Shown one piece after another: positions 31,429 through 40,492 of a DNA stretch of 64,000 nucleotides. The position numbers were made by a program, and so were the translations under genes. Where the stretch lies: IMG/VR virus record IMGVR_UViG_3300022916_000005; one strand, written 5' to 3'. A model generated the notes under the pieces. That model did not search any database, was not told the DNA's origin, and was given only the letters and a program-made list of their open reading frames with translations. How positions within the stretch are numbered: the stretch's first letter is position 1; each line of letters begins with the position of its first letter. This DNA is from a virus.

Positions 31429-32580
31429 ATGATTCCAACATATAATGAATGTCTCGAAATCGTGAAAGCCAACGATTCCTTCTTTATGTCGATTGTAGAA
31501 GTGCAAGGATATAAGGTTGTGATGTTCAATTATCGTATTGCATCGTACGGAGATTTCAATTGTCCGATCAAGGACAAACCAGAGATCAAGGCTTACGAGT
31601 TGAGAGGTCTTACATTCGTCCAACAGAATGATGGTAGCATGAAACGATTTATCATGCTTCACAAGTTTTTCAATATGGGCGAGACAGAAGGATATCTTCT
31701 TAAAGATGTGAAGGACAAGAAGATTGTCTCTGTTCAAAATAAGTTTGATGGCAGTCTTATTCGATTCATTCGACTTCCTAATGGAAATGTCGTTGCCAAG
31801 ACAAAGATGAGTTTTGACAACGATCAGAGTCGTATGGCACAAGAGATTTACGACAATGATGAGAAACTACAGGAATTCATTAACACATCCTTGAAACTTA
31901 ATCGTTCTGCCTTGTTCGAGTTTGTTGGACCTTCTAACAGGATTGTGTTGAGATACAAAGAGCACAAACTTGTACTACTCCAAGAAAGGAGTGAGAACGG
32001 AAAGTATAGAAACATTGAATTGGTGAACAAGATTTATGGTATCAACATTGCCGAGGCAGAAGAATATCCTGATTATACTGTAGAGGATCTGAAGGAGAGG
32101 GCAAAGACAGAAGAAAATATTGAAGGATGGGTTGTTACTCTTGATGATGGACAGATCCTAAAGATCAAGACAGCGCAGTATTTTCAACTACACCATCTTC
32201 GTACCAATTGTATGGACAAAGAGAACTACATCATTCAGGCCATTATTGACGAGAATGTAGACGACATCTTTGCCCAGCTTGATGAAAATGATGATGATGT
32301 TCGTGATAATATCCGAGACATCGAAAAGAAAATCAGTCAGTATTACAACACTACTGCATCTAAAATATACGATACGGTATTCTACGAGTTCGATCCAAAC
32401 AAGCGAAAGAAGTTTGCATTGAAATACAAGGACACTCCAGAATTCCCTATGATGATGGCCCTTGTTGCCAAAGGAGAGGTTACTGTTCAGAATGCAACAG
32501 ATGTTGTAAAGGAGCACATCTTGAAAAGGACAAAGAAGCTCATTGGTGCAGTCAAGTTCCTTAATGACCTTGACAAGTAA
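31429..32580 (+). CDS. T4 Rnl1 (RnlA)-like RNA ligase
   Basis: ELRGLTF, HKFFN, motif I KFDGSLI, FEFVGPSNRIVLRY, EGWVV, KIKT. Confidence 0.88.
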   Translation: MIPTYNECLEIVKANDSFFMSIVEVQGYKVVMFNYRIASYGDFNCPIKDKPEIKAYELRGLTFVQQNDGSMKRFIMLHKFFNMGETEGYLLKDVKDKKIVSVQNKFDGSLIRFIRLPNGNVVAKTKMSFDNDQSRMAQEIYDNDEKLQEFINTSLKLNRSALFEFVGPSNRIVLRYKEHKLVLLQERSENGKYRNIELVNKIYGINIAEAEEYPDYTVEDLKERAKTEENIEGWVVTLDDGQILKIKTAQYFQLHHLRTNCMDKENYIIQAIIDENVDDIFAQLDENDDDVRDNIRDIEKKISQYYNTTASKIYDTVFYEFDPNKRKKFALKYKDTPEFPMMMALVAKGEVTVQNATDVVKEHILKRTKKLIGAVKFLNDLDK

Positions 32581-33607
32581 TGGTGGCACATTTGTTAACA
32601 ACATTTGATGAAATGCGAAGCAAAGTGATCGGAACAATAATTTACGACTACAAGTCAAGAGAATACGGAACAGTTTATGGATTGAAAAAGGTAAAAGGAC
32701 ATTTCTTTTTCGAGATTGATTGGGTTGATTATTATTATGATGAATTTTATGCAAGCGATCTTAAGTTTGAAATGATAGATGATAGACATTGGGTTATGGT
32801 TGCATCAAGTATCAAAGAAGAAGAGTTTCTATCAATTGTAATCGACTTGCTATAACTTTCTCCTTGACTGCCACGTCATCCTGTGGTATCATGTATCTAG
32901 AAACGGTCGAGAACAAGAGAGGAAAGAATGAGTAATACTATCCGAAAGGTTCCTCTTTGGGTCAAAAACGCCAAACCAGAAGATTTTCTTAGCATTGAAG
33001 CGTATCGTAAGTGTAAGTGTGGAGATTATTCCCACAGTTACGTTAGTGCTGTTCACCGTAGGGATGATTGGAGGGATACTAATTCTCCCAAAGGGAAGGT
33101 TGTTGCCAAAAAGAGTGTTCGTCGTCTTGAGCGTCGGATCGATAAGGTCGTTATTGCCGAAAATGTCAACATCAAGGCTGATGACGATCATCTCGACTAT
33201 GTAGAATTTTGTGAGATGATGGAACACATGGAGCAAGAAATGAGCGAATACGACTTCTAGGAGAAAGAAATGAATAGAGAAAAGAACCATGCAATCTTTG
33301 GAGTCATGATGATCATTGGATCCTTTGGTTTTACTTTTTATTTGCAATTTTGACAAAACTATCTGTTGGAACCAAAACTCACCTATCTTTCACAAGTTGT
33401 ATAGAAAATGCCACCAGAAGATAAATCAATTCAATATAAAATAGGAGATATCCTGTGTTTAGGAGGAGAGATCCTTCTAGTGGTAGACATTTCAATTTCC
33501 TATTCAAGGAAAAAGGTTAAAATCAGAAATATAAAAAACAAAATGACAGATTGGTATCAAACAAGTTTTGTTCGATCTTTCCCTAGCATTGTAATTATTA
33601 TATCATC

Positions 33608-34216
33608 ATGACAAGTACTTGGTTTACATCGGATAATCATTTTTGCCACTATAACATTATAAAACTATGCAATCGACCTTTCTCTTCTCTAGAAGAAATG
33701 AATGAGACAATGATTGAAAGGTGGAACGAACTTGTCAAGGATGGAGATACAATCTATCATCTTGGAGATTTTGGCTGGACAAGGTATCAAGAAGAGTTAT
33801 CTGATATCGTCAGAAACAGGCTAAATGGCCACATCATTTTGATTAAGGGCAACCACGACCTATCTCTGAGAAAGATGGCCAATATGGGCATTCCCGAGAC
33901 ATACAGATCATTCGTATTCGAGAACAGATACATGTTGAATCATTATCCTGCTCATAATCACACAATGACGGTAGATGATGTACTCAATCGTAAGGTGGGA
34001 TTTCTTCTTCAAGATATCGAAGACAAAGCTTTGAGAAGAAGGATGAAAACCATGCAATTGCTAATTCAGCATAACTGTGATCGAGTTATCCATGGTCACA
34101 TTCATAACTCGAATGAGAATAACTATCCAAAGCATTTTAACGTGGGAGTTGATGTAAATGATTTCTATCCCTTCTCTTGGGAAGAAGTAAAGAAACAACT
34201 TAATCAAGAAGGATAA
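33608..34216 (+). CDS. Calcineurin-like phosphoesterase (phage type)
   Basis: FTSDNHF, HLGDF, KGNHD, HYP, HGHIH, NVGVD. Confidence 0.9.
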   Translation: MTSTWFTSDNHFCHYNIIKLCNRPFSSLEEMNETMIERWNELVKDGDTIYHLGDFGWTRYQEELSDIVRNRLNGHIILIKGNHDLSLRKMANMGIPETYRSFVFENRYMLNHYPAHNHTMTVDDVLNRKVGFLLQDIEDKALRRRMKTMQLLIQHNCDRVIHGHIHNSNENNYPKHFNVGVDVNDFYPFSWEEVKKQLNQEG

Positions 34217-35034
34217 GCTTTGTAATTTTATGGTAATTTTTTCCCCCTTGACTTGACGGTCAAGCCGTGGTATGATGTAGCATAACCAGTTGAGAACAGG
34301 TGAGGTTATAATATGGCGTTTTATTTTATCTTTGGATGCTTTTTTGCTTTGATTGCAGGGATCATGTATCTTGTCAAGACCGACGAGGACACACCAACGA
34401 AGGCATTGACACTTTTTATTATGTTTCTGTGTTTACCATTTGCTTGGCCTATTGTTAGTTTAATCCTTATTCTGATTAGGGTAGTAGACTACTTTAAAAA
34501 TCGATAATTTTTTCTCCTTGACTGCCACGTCATCCTGTGGTACTATAGGGCATGAGGTTGAGGAATTGAGTCAAGGTTTGGAGGAAAGAGAATGAAGTTC
34601 AAATGTAACAAGTGTAAGAGAACCTTGACCGTGAAATCGGACAACATCTTTGAAGACGAGGAAACAGTTTTCTTTGTCGAACCTTGCGAGTGTGTTGAAG
34701 ATCGAGTAGACGAAGCCTTTGAGGATGGGAATCTTTCTGCGTTTTTGTGATTAAATTTTCTCCTTGACTGCCACGTCATCCTGTGGTACTATAGGGCATG
34801 AGGTTGGGGATGAAGGGTCATTCTTGGATAAGGTTGAGACAAAGGAGTTAATGATGTTTGTACTTCAAAATAGGCAAGATGGTCTTTACCTTGCACAGAA
34901 TTATTGTGGTTGGACCGAAGACCTCAATTGTGCCAAGATTTTCGATACTGTCAAAGATGCAGGACTAAGGCGTGGAGAGGATTTTACCCTTGAGATCTTT
35001 TCTGTCAAGATCGAGAAGGTCAAGCAAGTCGGTT

Positions 35035-35310
35035 AAACTTTTTCGTTGACAGGGCCTTCGGGCTGTGGTACGATGTGCTTGTCCTGGTGAGGGAAGGCCG
35101 TTGAAACGACGAAAACTTTTTCGTTGACAGGGCCTTCGGGCTGTGGTACGATGTACTTGTCCTGGTGAGGGAAGGTCGTTGAAACGATGAAAACTTTCTC
35201 CTTGACAGGGCGGTAGGTTCGTGGTACTATGTTCTTGGAAGTTAGGGGCCGTCAAAGAGGCGGTTGATTTTTCCCCTTGACAAGCGGCCCTGTTTGATGT
35301 AGAATGGGTC
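35035..35310 (+). promoter_or_regulatory. Four tandem sigma70 promoters (78/78/75-bp period) with no intervening genes
   Basis: TTGACA at 35046, 35124, 35202, 35277 with -10 TACGAT, TACGAT, TACTAT, TAGAAT; the first two units are near-identical 78-mers. Confidence 0.85.
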
Positions 35311-35377
35311 ATGAAGTTGGTGGAGCGGGTGCTTTGCCGACACGAAATGTTCGTTTAGGTTCTTTGGAGGTTCTGTT

Positions 35378-35863
35378 ATGACGTTTACTGGTTTTGATTC
35401 GGTCAAGGCGTTTCGTGAGGCTCACACCACTGCCGAGGGTACTTTCTTCAATAAGGAGGATTTCGCCGCTCGCAAGGTTGCGCTCGGTCGCAAGGTTTTT
35501 GCGGATCGGTTCTTCATGTCGAGCGTTCCTGTTGATGTGTCGCGAGAAGAGGCGGGTGGGAATCGTCTGTTTACCCTGCTTTTCATCGAGGATGACCTTT
35601 CGGTGACTGTCCTCGGTACGCCCGATGGCCTGGAGAGTCGCTATAAGGCGAACAAGGGCAAGGATCTGGCGATTAAGGCGTTCTCGAAGGATGGCACGCT
35701 GGATCGCTTCGTCGAGACGGATGCGGATTCCGACCTTGACGTGGAGGTCGAGCTTGAGGCGGATTCCACCGATGGCGAGCCTGTCGAGATTCTCGACGCT
35801 GACGATGCTATCTCGGAGTTCTCGGATGAGGTCGCGGAGCAGATCACCAATCTGAACGGTTAG
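35378..35863 (+). CDS. Probably highly expressed early protein with acidic C-terminal tail
   Basis: GGAGG RBS, GC-rich codons, D/E-rich last ~50 aa, stacked promoters upstream. Confidence 0.75.
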   Translation: MTFTGFDSVKAFREAHTTAEGTFFNKEDFAARKVALGRKVFADRFFMSSVPVDVSREEAGGNRLFTLLFIEDDLSVTVLGTPDGLESRYKANKGKDLAIKAFSKDGTLDRFVETDADSDLDVEVELEADSTDGEPVEILDADDAISEFSDEVAEQITNLNG

Positions 35864-35868
35864 TATCT

Positions 35869-36308
35869 GACCTGGGCATTGTCGCTAAACTGCCCATCAT
35901 CGACTGTTGACCTGCATTATTATTTAGGGGTTAGATTGTGGACAGTCTTGGTTTAGTTTAGACCTCAAACAAGTCTCAAAACTGTTTGAAATTGTTTGTA
36001 GTATCAATTTGTGTCGTGGTTATAAAGGTTGACGAAAAATGCATTGTTCACTATGTAATAGATAGACCTAAGTAAGTCCTCTTAAACTACTTCGTCCATG
36101 TGACGTTAAATGGGTCAAGAGCCCCATTGGTTATTACGGTCAAAGATCTCCGATCAACAATCTTCACTCTATTGACCTTTCGCGCTTTTGATAAAGGCAT
36201 TAATAATTACTAGGCTTAGGTAGGATTATGGAACCATTTCGTTAGCTACTGCAAGTTTAATTTTAATTTTGAGATGCTGATTATGCCTGGGCAAGCTTTA
36301 ACTGCCCA
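35869..36308 (+). ncRNA. Four compact H-type pseudoknots (35869-35896, 35960-35989, 36065-36092, 36285-36308)
   Basis: Consensus GAC-C-T-stem2-(A/TT)-GTC-Nn-AAAC-stem2'; stem 2 covaries (TGGGCA/TGCCCA, TCAAACA/TGTTTGA, AAGTA/TACTT). Confidence 0.7.
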
Positions 36309-36315
36309 TTTTTAT

Positions 36316-36391
36316 TGCTGGTTAGGGAAATGCCACATCCCGCCTGGGGCAACATTTCAGGAGATAGCTGGTTGGATTCCAGCACCAGCAA
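36316..36391 (+). ncRNA. tRNA-like RNA with non-canonical anticodon arm
   Basis: TGCTGGT/ACCAGCA acceptor, GGGA/TCCC D-stem, GCTGG-TTGGATT-CCAGC T-arm, CCTGG-GGCAACATT-TCAGG anticodon arm with 9-nt loop. Confidence 0.7.
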
Positions 36392-36895
36392 CTTCATTCA
36401 TATTGGGTATTTTTTGCTTTTGGGGTTCAATTCCCCTTTGGCTCGTGGAGAGCCAGTCTGAACCTAGAATGACAAGTGATAATATAGAGTTGGCCGCTCG
36501 AAGAACTGCATAATGTCTAGAAGCAGTTTACCGATATTTCTTTTCCCTTGACAGTGGGACGATCTTGTGTTACCATAGTGCATGAGGTTGAGGAAATAAC
36601 GAAGGAGAAAGGAAATGGAACTTAAAATAGGTTCGGTCATATGCTATAGATTTTCGGGCAGAAAATCTACAGGTGTCATCGTCGGGAAATCTCGTAAGAA
36701 GTTCTATATTGAGTGGAAGATCTTAAATGATCAGATCGTTTTATTCCCAGATAAGCCTAAAACTTTCTCCATTGGATTCCTGCAAAACAACGTAAATGTG
36801 ACAAAACTTTTCCCTTGACTCCCAGCCCGATTTGGGTTATGATGTACTTGTCCTGGTGAGGGAAGCAACAAAAACTGAGTGATCGAGGTAACATT

Positions 36896-37213
36896 ATGAG
36901 CGCAGACCGAATTCTCCTTGACAAGTGCCGCGATATGTTCAACGACATTCTTGAGGATCCTTTTGATACTGAAGATGGTATGCGAGACCTTCGAAACGAG
37001 ATCGATCTCTATTTGGAGATGACCGCCAACGTCATTGAGCTTGGCGATACTGTCATCTTCGGGACAAAGACGGGAGAGAAGACAAAGGGAAAGGTTGTCA
37101 AGATCAATCAGAAGACCTACAATCTGGAGCTTCTTGAGATTCGCGGCAAGAACGGTCGTTATCCGATTGGCACACCTTGGCGCGTAGCCAAGGCCATGTG
37201 CGAGAAGTGCTAG
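36896..37213 (+). CDS. Hypothetical SH3-like protein (paralog of 38199)
   Basis: GEKTKGKVVKINQKT...ELLEIRGKNGRYPIG shared with 38199. Confidence 0.7.
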   Translation: MSADRILLDKCRDMFNDILEDPFDTEDGMRDLRNEIDLYLEMTANVIELGDTVIFGTKTGEKTKGKVVKINQKTYNLELLEIRGKNGRYPIGTPWRVAKAMCEKC

Positions 37214-37230
37214 AGAGGAAGTAAAAACAA

Positions 37231-37649
37231 TACCCTTGGTGAGATGCCCAAGTTCGTATTGTAGATAAGATACCAACTAGAATAGATGATGATGACTTTA
37301 GTTGGAACCATTCATCACGGCTCTTATAGAAGAATAGATTAAAATCCTGTCTATCGACCATTTGGTTGATTGTGTGATGTTGCCCCAAAGGCCAAGAGTA
37401 ATCCTTGAATCACATGAAACTACACCAAATCGTCACGAGTAAAGGTTATCTTTGAATCGGGGTAAGGTTGTCAAGCGCGCTTTGTATTGTTATGAAGCAG
37501 TTTCGTAAGTGACAACCCGTTGTTAGGCGTGTTTGGGGCCATAACAGCAGAGAAGGAAAGATCATCTATTATACTCTATAGTGGGATGATCAGTTTAAAG
37601 GCGATGTGGGGGCCATTTAAGCAAATTTGATACTATGTAGGGGATATAA
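37231..37649 (+). ncRNA. Candidate ~420-nt structured ncRNA preceding the tRNA cluster
   Basis: No + strand ORF. Nested stems CCAACTAG/TTAGTTGG, CATCAC/GTGATG, GCCCCAAA(37382)/TTTGGGGC(37532), GGTTGTCA/TGACAACC, GATCATC/GATGATC. Confidence 0.55.
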
Positions 37650-37734
37650 GGCGCAGTGGTGGAAATGGAAATACACGAGAGACTCAAAATCTCTTGCCTT
37701 TAGCGGATTGAGAGTTCAAGTCTCTCCTGCGTCA
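37650..37734 (+). tRNA. tRNA-Leu(CAA)
   Basis: AGAGA-CTCAAAA-TCTCT anticodon arm, long variable arm, GAGAG-TTCAAGT-CTCTC. Confidence 0.92.
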
Positions 37735-37748
37735 CTATTGACAATTAT

Positions 37749-37835
37749 GGCCCGTTGGTGGAATTTTGGTATACGCAGTGGTCTTAGAAACCACCGGAGA
37801 AATCCATGAAGGTTCGATCCCTTCACGGGCCACCA
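37749..37835 (+). tRNA. tRNA-Leu(TAG)
   Basis: GTGGT-CTTAGAA-ACCAC anticodon arm, long variable arm, encoded CCA. Confidence 0.93.
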
Positions 37836-37842
37836 TTTTTGT

Positions 37843-37915
37843 TCTTCCTTAGCTCAGTTGGCTAGAGCGCAGGACTCTGAATCCTGATAGGTTGATTCAA
37901 ATTCAACAGGAAGAT
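37843..37915 (+). tRNA. tRNA-Gln(CTG)
   Basis: TCTTCCT/AGGAAGA acceptor, CAGGA-CTCTGAA-TCCTG anticodon arm. Confidence 0.88.
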
Positions 37916-37924
37916 CTATTTTTA

Positions 37925-38000
37925 TGCCTGTTCAAGTTCATTAGGCTGAACGCTAGACTGTGAATCTAGAGGTAGTTGATTCGATTTCAACGGCAGGTAC
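37925..38000 (+). tRNA. tRNA-His(GTG), atypical acceptor stem
   Basis: CTAGA-CTGTGAA-TCTAG anticodon arm, GTTGA-TTCGATT-TCAAC; G-U-rich acceptor, no encoded G-1. Confidence 0.75.
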
Positions 38001-38010
38001 TTTAATTTAT

Positions 38011-38082
38011 CAGAACATGATGTAATTGGGAACATCTCACGTCTGGATCGTGATTTTTTAGGTTCGAGTCCTAATGTTCTGA
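38011..38082 (+). tRNA. tRNA-Pro(TGG) with C at position 33
   Basis: CAGAACA/TGTTCTG acceptor, TCACG-TCTGGAT-CGTGA anticodon arm, TTAGG-TTCGAGT-CCTAA. Confidence 0.82.
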
Positions 38083-38198
38083 CTTGGAAGGTAGTTCAAA
38101 ACTTGTTTGTCTCGCCAATTCTTTTCCCTTGACTTGTGGACTGCCTTGTGATACTATAGGGCATGAGGTTGAGGGATTGAACGAGTTTGGAGAATAAG

Positions 38199-38534
38199 AT
38201 GACTAACGAAATGGCTTTGATGATTCGAGCAACTGGATTGCTTGACGCTCTTTGTGAAAGACCTGCCGAAGCCAATCACATGATGGAAATTATCAAATCT
38301 CTCAAAGAGGAGATTGATATCTACATCGGGATGATGGCCAAAACCATTAATGTCGGAGATATCGTTCGCTTCGGAACAGAGAATGGGGAAAAGACAAGAG
38401 CCAAAGTTCTCAAGATTAACGTCAAAACGTTCAGAGTCGAACTACTTGAGAAGCGCGGTAAGAATGGTCGTTATCCTATTGGCGACATTTGGAATGCCAG
38501 AAAGGAAGGTTGTGTCAAGATTGGCAATAAATGA
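38199..38534 (+). CDS. Hypothetical SH3-like protein (paralog of 36896)
   Basis: Shared C-terminal ~55 aa; promoter at 38129. Confidence 0.7.
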   Translation: MTNEMALMIRATGLLDALCERPAEANHMMEIIKSLKEEIDIYIGMMAKTINVGDIVRFGTENGEKTRAKVLKINVKTFRVELLEKRGKNGRYPIGDIWNARKEGCVKIGNK

Positions 38535-38558
38535 TAACAGATAGAAGAGCAAGAGGCA

Positions 38559-38954
38559 ATGATGGCGAATTTCGAGACATATGAAGTGAGAGTGTATGCC
38601 AATGGTACCAAATGTTGGTATCAAAATGGCAATTGTCACCGCATTGACGGCCCTGCCGTTGAATGTGCCAGTGGTGACAAATTTTGGTATCAAAATGGCG
38701 AGTATCACCGCATTGACGGCCCTGCCATTGAATATATCAATGGTACCAAAGTTTGGTATCAAAATGGCAAGTTTCACCGCATTGACGGCCCTGCCATTGA
38801 ATATGTCAATGGTGACAAATATTGGTATCTTGATGGAGAATGCTATACCGAGCATGACTATAACACCGAGATTGCCAAGCGAAATGCCAATACTTGCGAA
38901 GATCGCCTTGTCGAGATTGACGGTATCAAGTACAAGCTGATCAAGGCTTGCTAA
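38559..38954 (+). CDS. HRIDGPA repeat protein, class B, 3 units
   Basis: MANFETYEVRVY cap; EIAKRNANTCEDRLVEIDGIKYKL tail. Confidence 0.85.
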   Translation: MMANFETYEVRVYANGTKCWYQNGNCHRIDGPAVECASGDKFWYQNGEYHRIDGPAIEYINGTKVWYQNGKFHRIDGPAIEYVNGDKYWYLDGECYTEHDYNTEIAKRNANTCEDRLVEIDGIKYKLIKAC

Positions 38955-39393
38955 TCCTGCCAAAACTTTCTCCTTGACTTGACGGTCATCCTGTGGTATC
39001 ATGTATTATCTAGAAACGGTCGAGAAGAGAGGAAAAAGAAATGGATAAAATCAAAGCTATCTTGTGGGATAAGTTTGTAGAGGATAAATTCCTTGAAGAT
39101 GCTACTTTAGGACAGATTCAGGCAGAACTACGAACTATAGAGAAAGAACTTGTAATTGCAAACTGTGAACAAGCATCAGAAGAAAACGATTATCGACCTG
39201 GAGTGGAAACTTATGGTTACTTCGATTTAGAGCAAATCAAGCTCACTCTTGAGTATATCTCTGATCGTTGGAATTGTCAGTTTAGGGTCAGATGGCTACT
39301 AGACCTCATTAACATTTAAACTTTCCCCTTGACTTGACGGTCATCCCGTAGTATCATGTATCTAGAAACGGTCAAGAAATAACAAACGAGGCA

Positions 39394-39924
39394 ATGATGG
39401 CGAATTTCGAGACATATGAAGTGAGAGTGTATGCCAATGGTGACAAATTTTGGTGTCAAAATGACAAGTTTCACCGCATTGACGGCCCTGCCGTTGAATA
39501 TGTCAATGGTGACAAACATTGGTATCAAAATGGCAAGCGTCACCGCATTGACGGCCCTGCCGTTGAATATGTCAATGGTGACAAACATTGGTATCAAAAT
39601 GGCAAGCGTCACCGCATTGACGGCCCTGCCGTTGAACATGCCAATGGTGACAAATCTTGGTATCAAAATGGCAAGTGTCACCGCATTGACGGCCCTGCCG
39701 TTGAATCTGCCAATGGTGACAAATTTTGGTATCAAAATGACAAGTGTCACCGCATTGACGGCCCTGCCTGTGAATATGCCAATGGTGACAAAGATTGGTA
39801 TCTTGATGGAGAATGTTATACCGAGCATGACTATAACACCGAGATTGCCAAGCGAAATGCCAATACTTGCGAAGATCGCCTTGTCGAGATTGACGGTATC
39901 AAGTACAAGTTGCTCAAGGTCTGA
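39394..39924 (+). CDS. HRIDGPA repeat protein, class B, 5 units
   Basis: Same caps; own promoter at 39329. Confidence 0.85.
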   Translation: MMANFETYEVRVYANGDKFWCQNDKFHRIDGPAVEYVNGDKHWYQNGKRHRIDGPAVEYVNGDKHWYQNGKRHRIDGPAVEHANGDKSWYQNGKCHRIDGPAVESANGDKFWYQNDKCHRIDGPACEYANGDKDWYLDGECYTEHDYNTEIAKRNANTCEDRLVEIDGIKYKLLKV

Positions 39925-40011
39925 CAATCCTGCCAAAACTTTCCCCTTGACTTGACGGTCATCCTGTGGTATCATGTATCTAGAAACGGTCAAGAAATAA
40001 CAAACGAGGCA

Positions 40012-40404
40012 ATGATGGCGAATTTCGAGACATATGAAGTGAGAGTGTATGCCAATGGTACCAAATGTTGGTGTCAAAATGACAAGTTTCACCGCATTGA
40101 CGGCCCTGCTGTTGAACATGCCAGTGGTTTCAAAGTTTGGTATCAAAATGGCAAGTTTCACCGCATTGACGGCCCTGCCGTTGAACGTGCCAATGGTGAC
40201 AAATTTTGGTTTCAAAATGGCAAATATCACCGCATTGACGGCCCTGCCGTTGAATCTGCCAATGGTGACAAATATTGGTATCTTGATGGTGTCGAATATT
40301 TCGAGCATGACTATAACACCGAGATTGCCAAGCGAAATGCCAATACTTGCGAAGATCGCCTTGTCGAGATTGACGGTATCAAGTACAAGTTGCTCAAGGT
40401 CTGA
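40012..40404 (+). CDS. HRIDGPA repeat protein, class B, 3 units
   Basis: Tandem duplicate of the promoter-plus-gene unit starting at 39318. Confidence 0.85.
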   Translation: MMANFETYEVRVYANGTKCWCQNDKFHRIDGPAVEHASGFKVWYQNGKFHRIDGPAVERANGDKFWFQNGKYHRIDGPAVESANGDKYWYLDGVEYFEHDYNTEIAKRNANTCEDRLVEIDGIKYKLLKV

Positions 40405-40492
40405 CAATCCTGCCAAAACTTCCCCTTGACTTGACGGTCATCCTGTGGTATCATGTATCTAGAAACGGTCGAGAAGAAGGAAGGAAATATAA

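Noticed and set aside
36274-36513. 79-aa ORF, and likewise the ORF at 37627-37809
   Set aside because: They overlap a pseudoknot and tRNA-like element, or two tRNA-Leu genes, and have no RBS.
37231-37649. tmRNA or RNase P RNA
   Set aside because: No tRNA-Ala-like ends or T-arm, and no GAGGAAAGUCC P4 signature.
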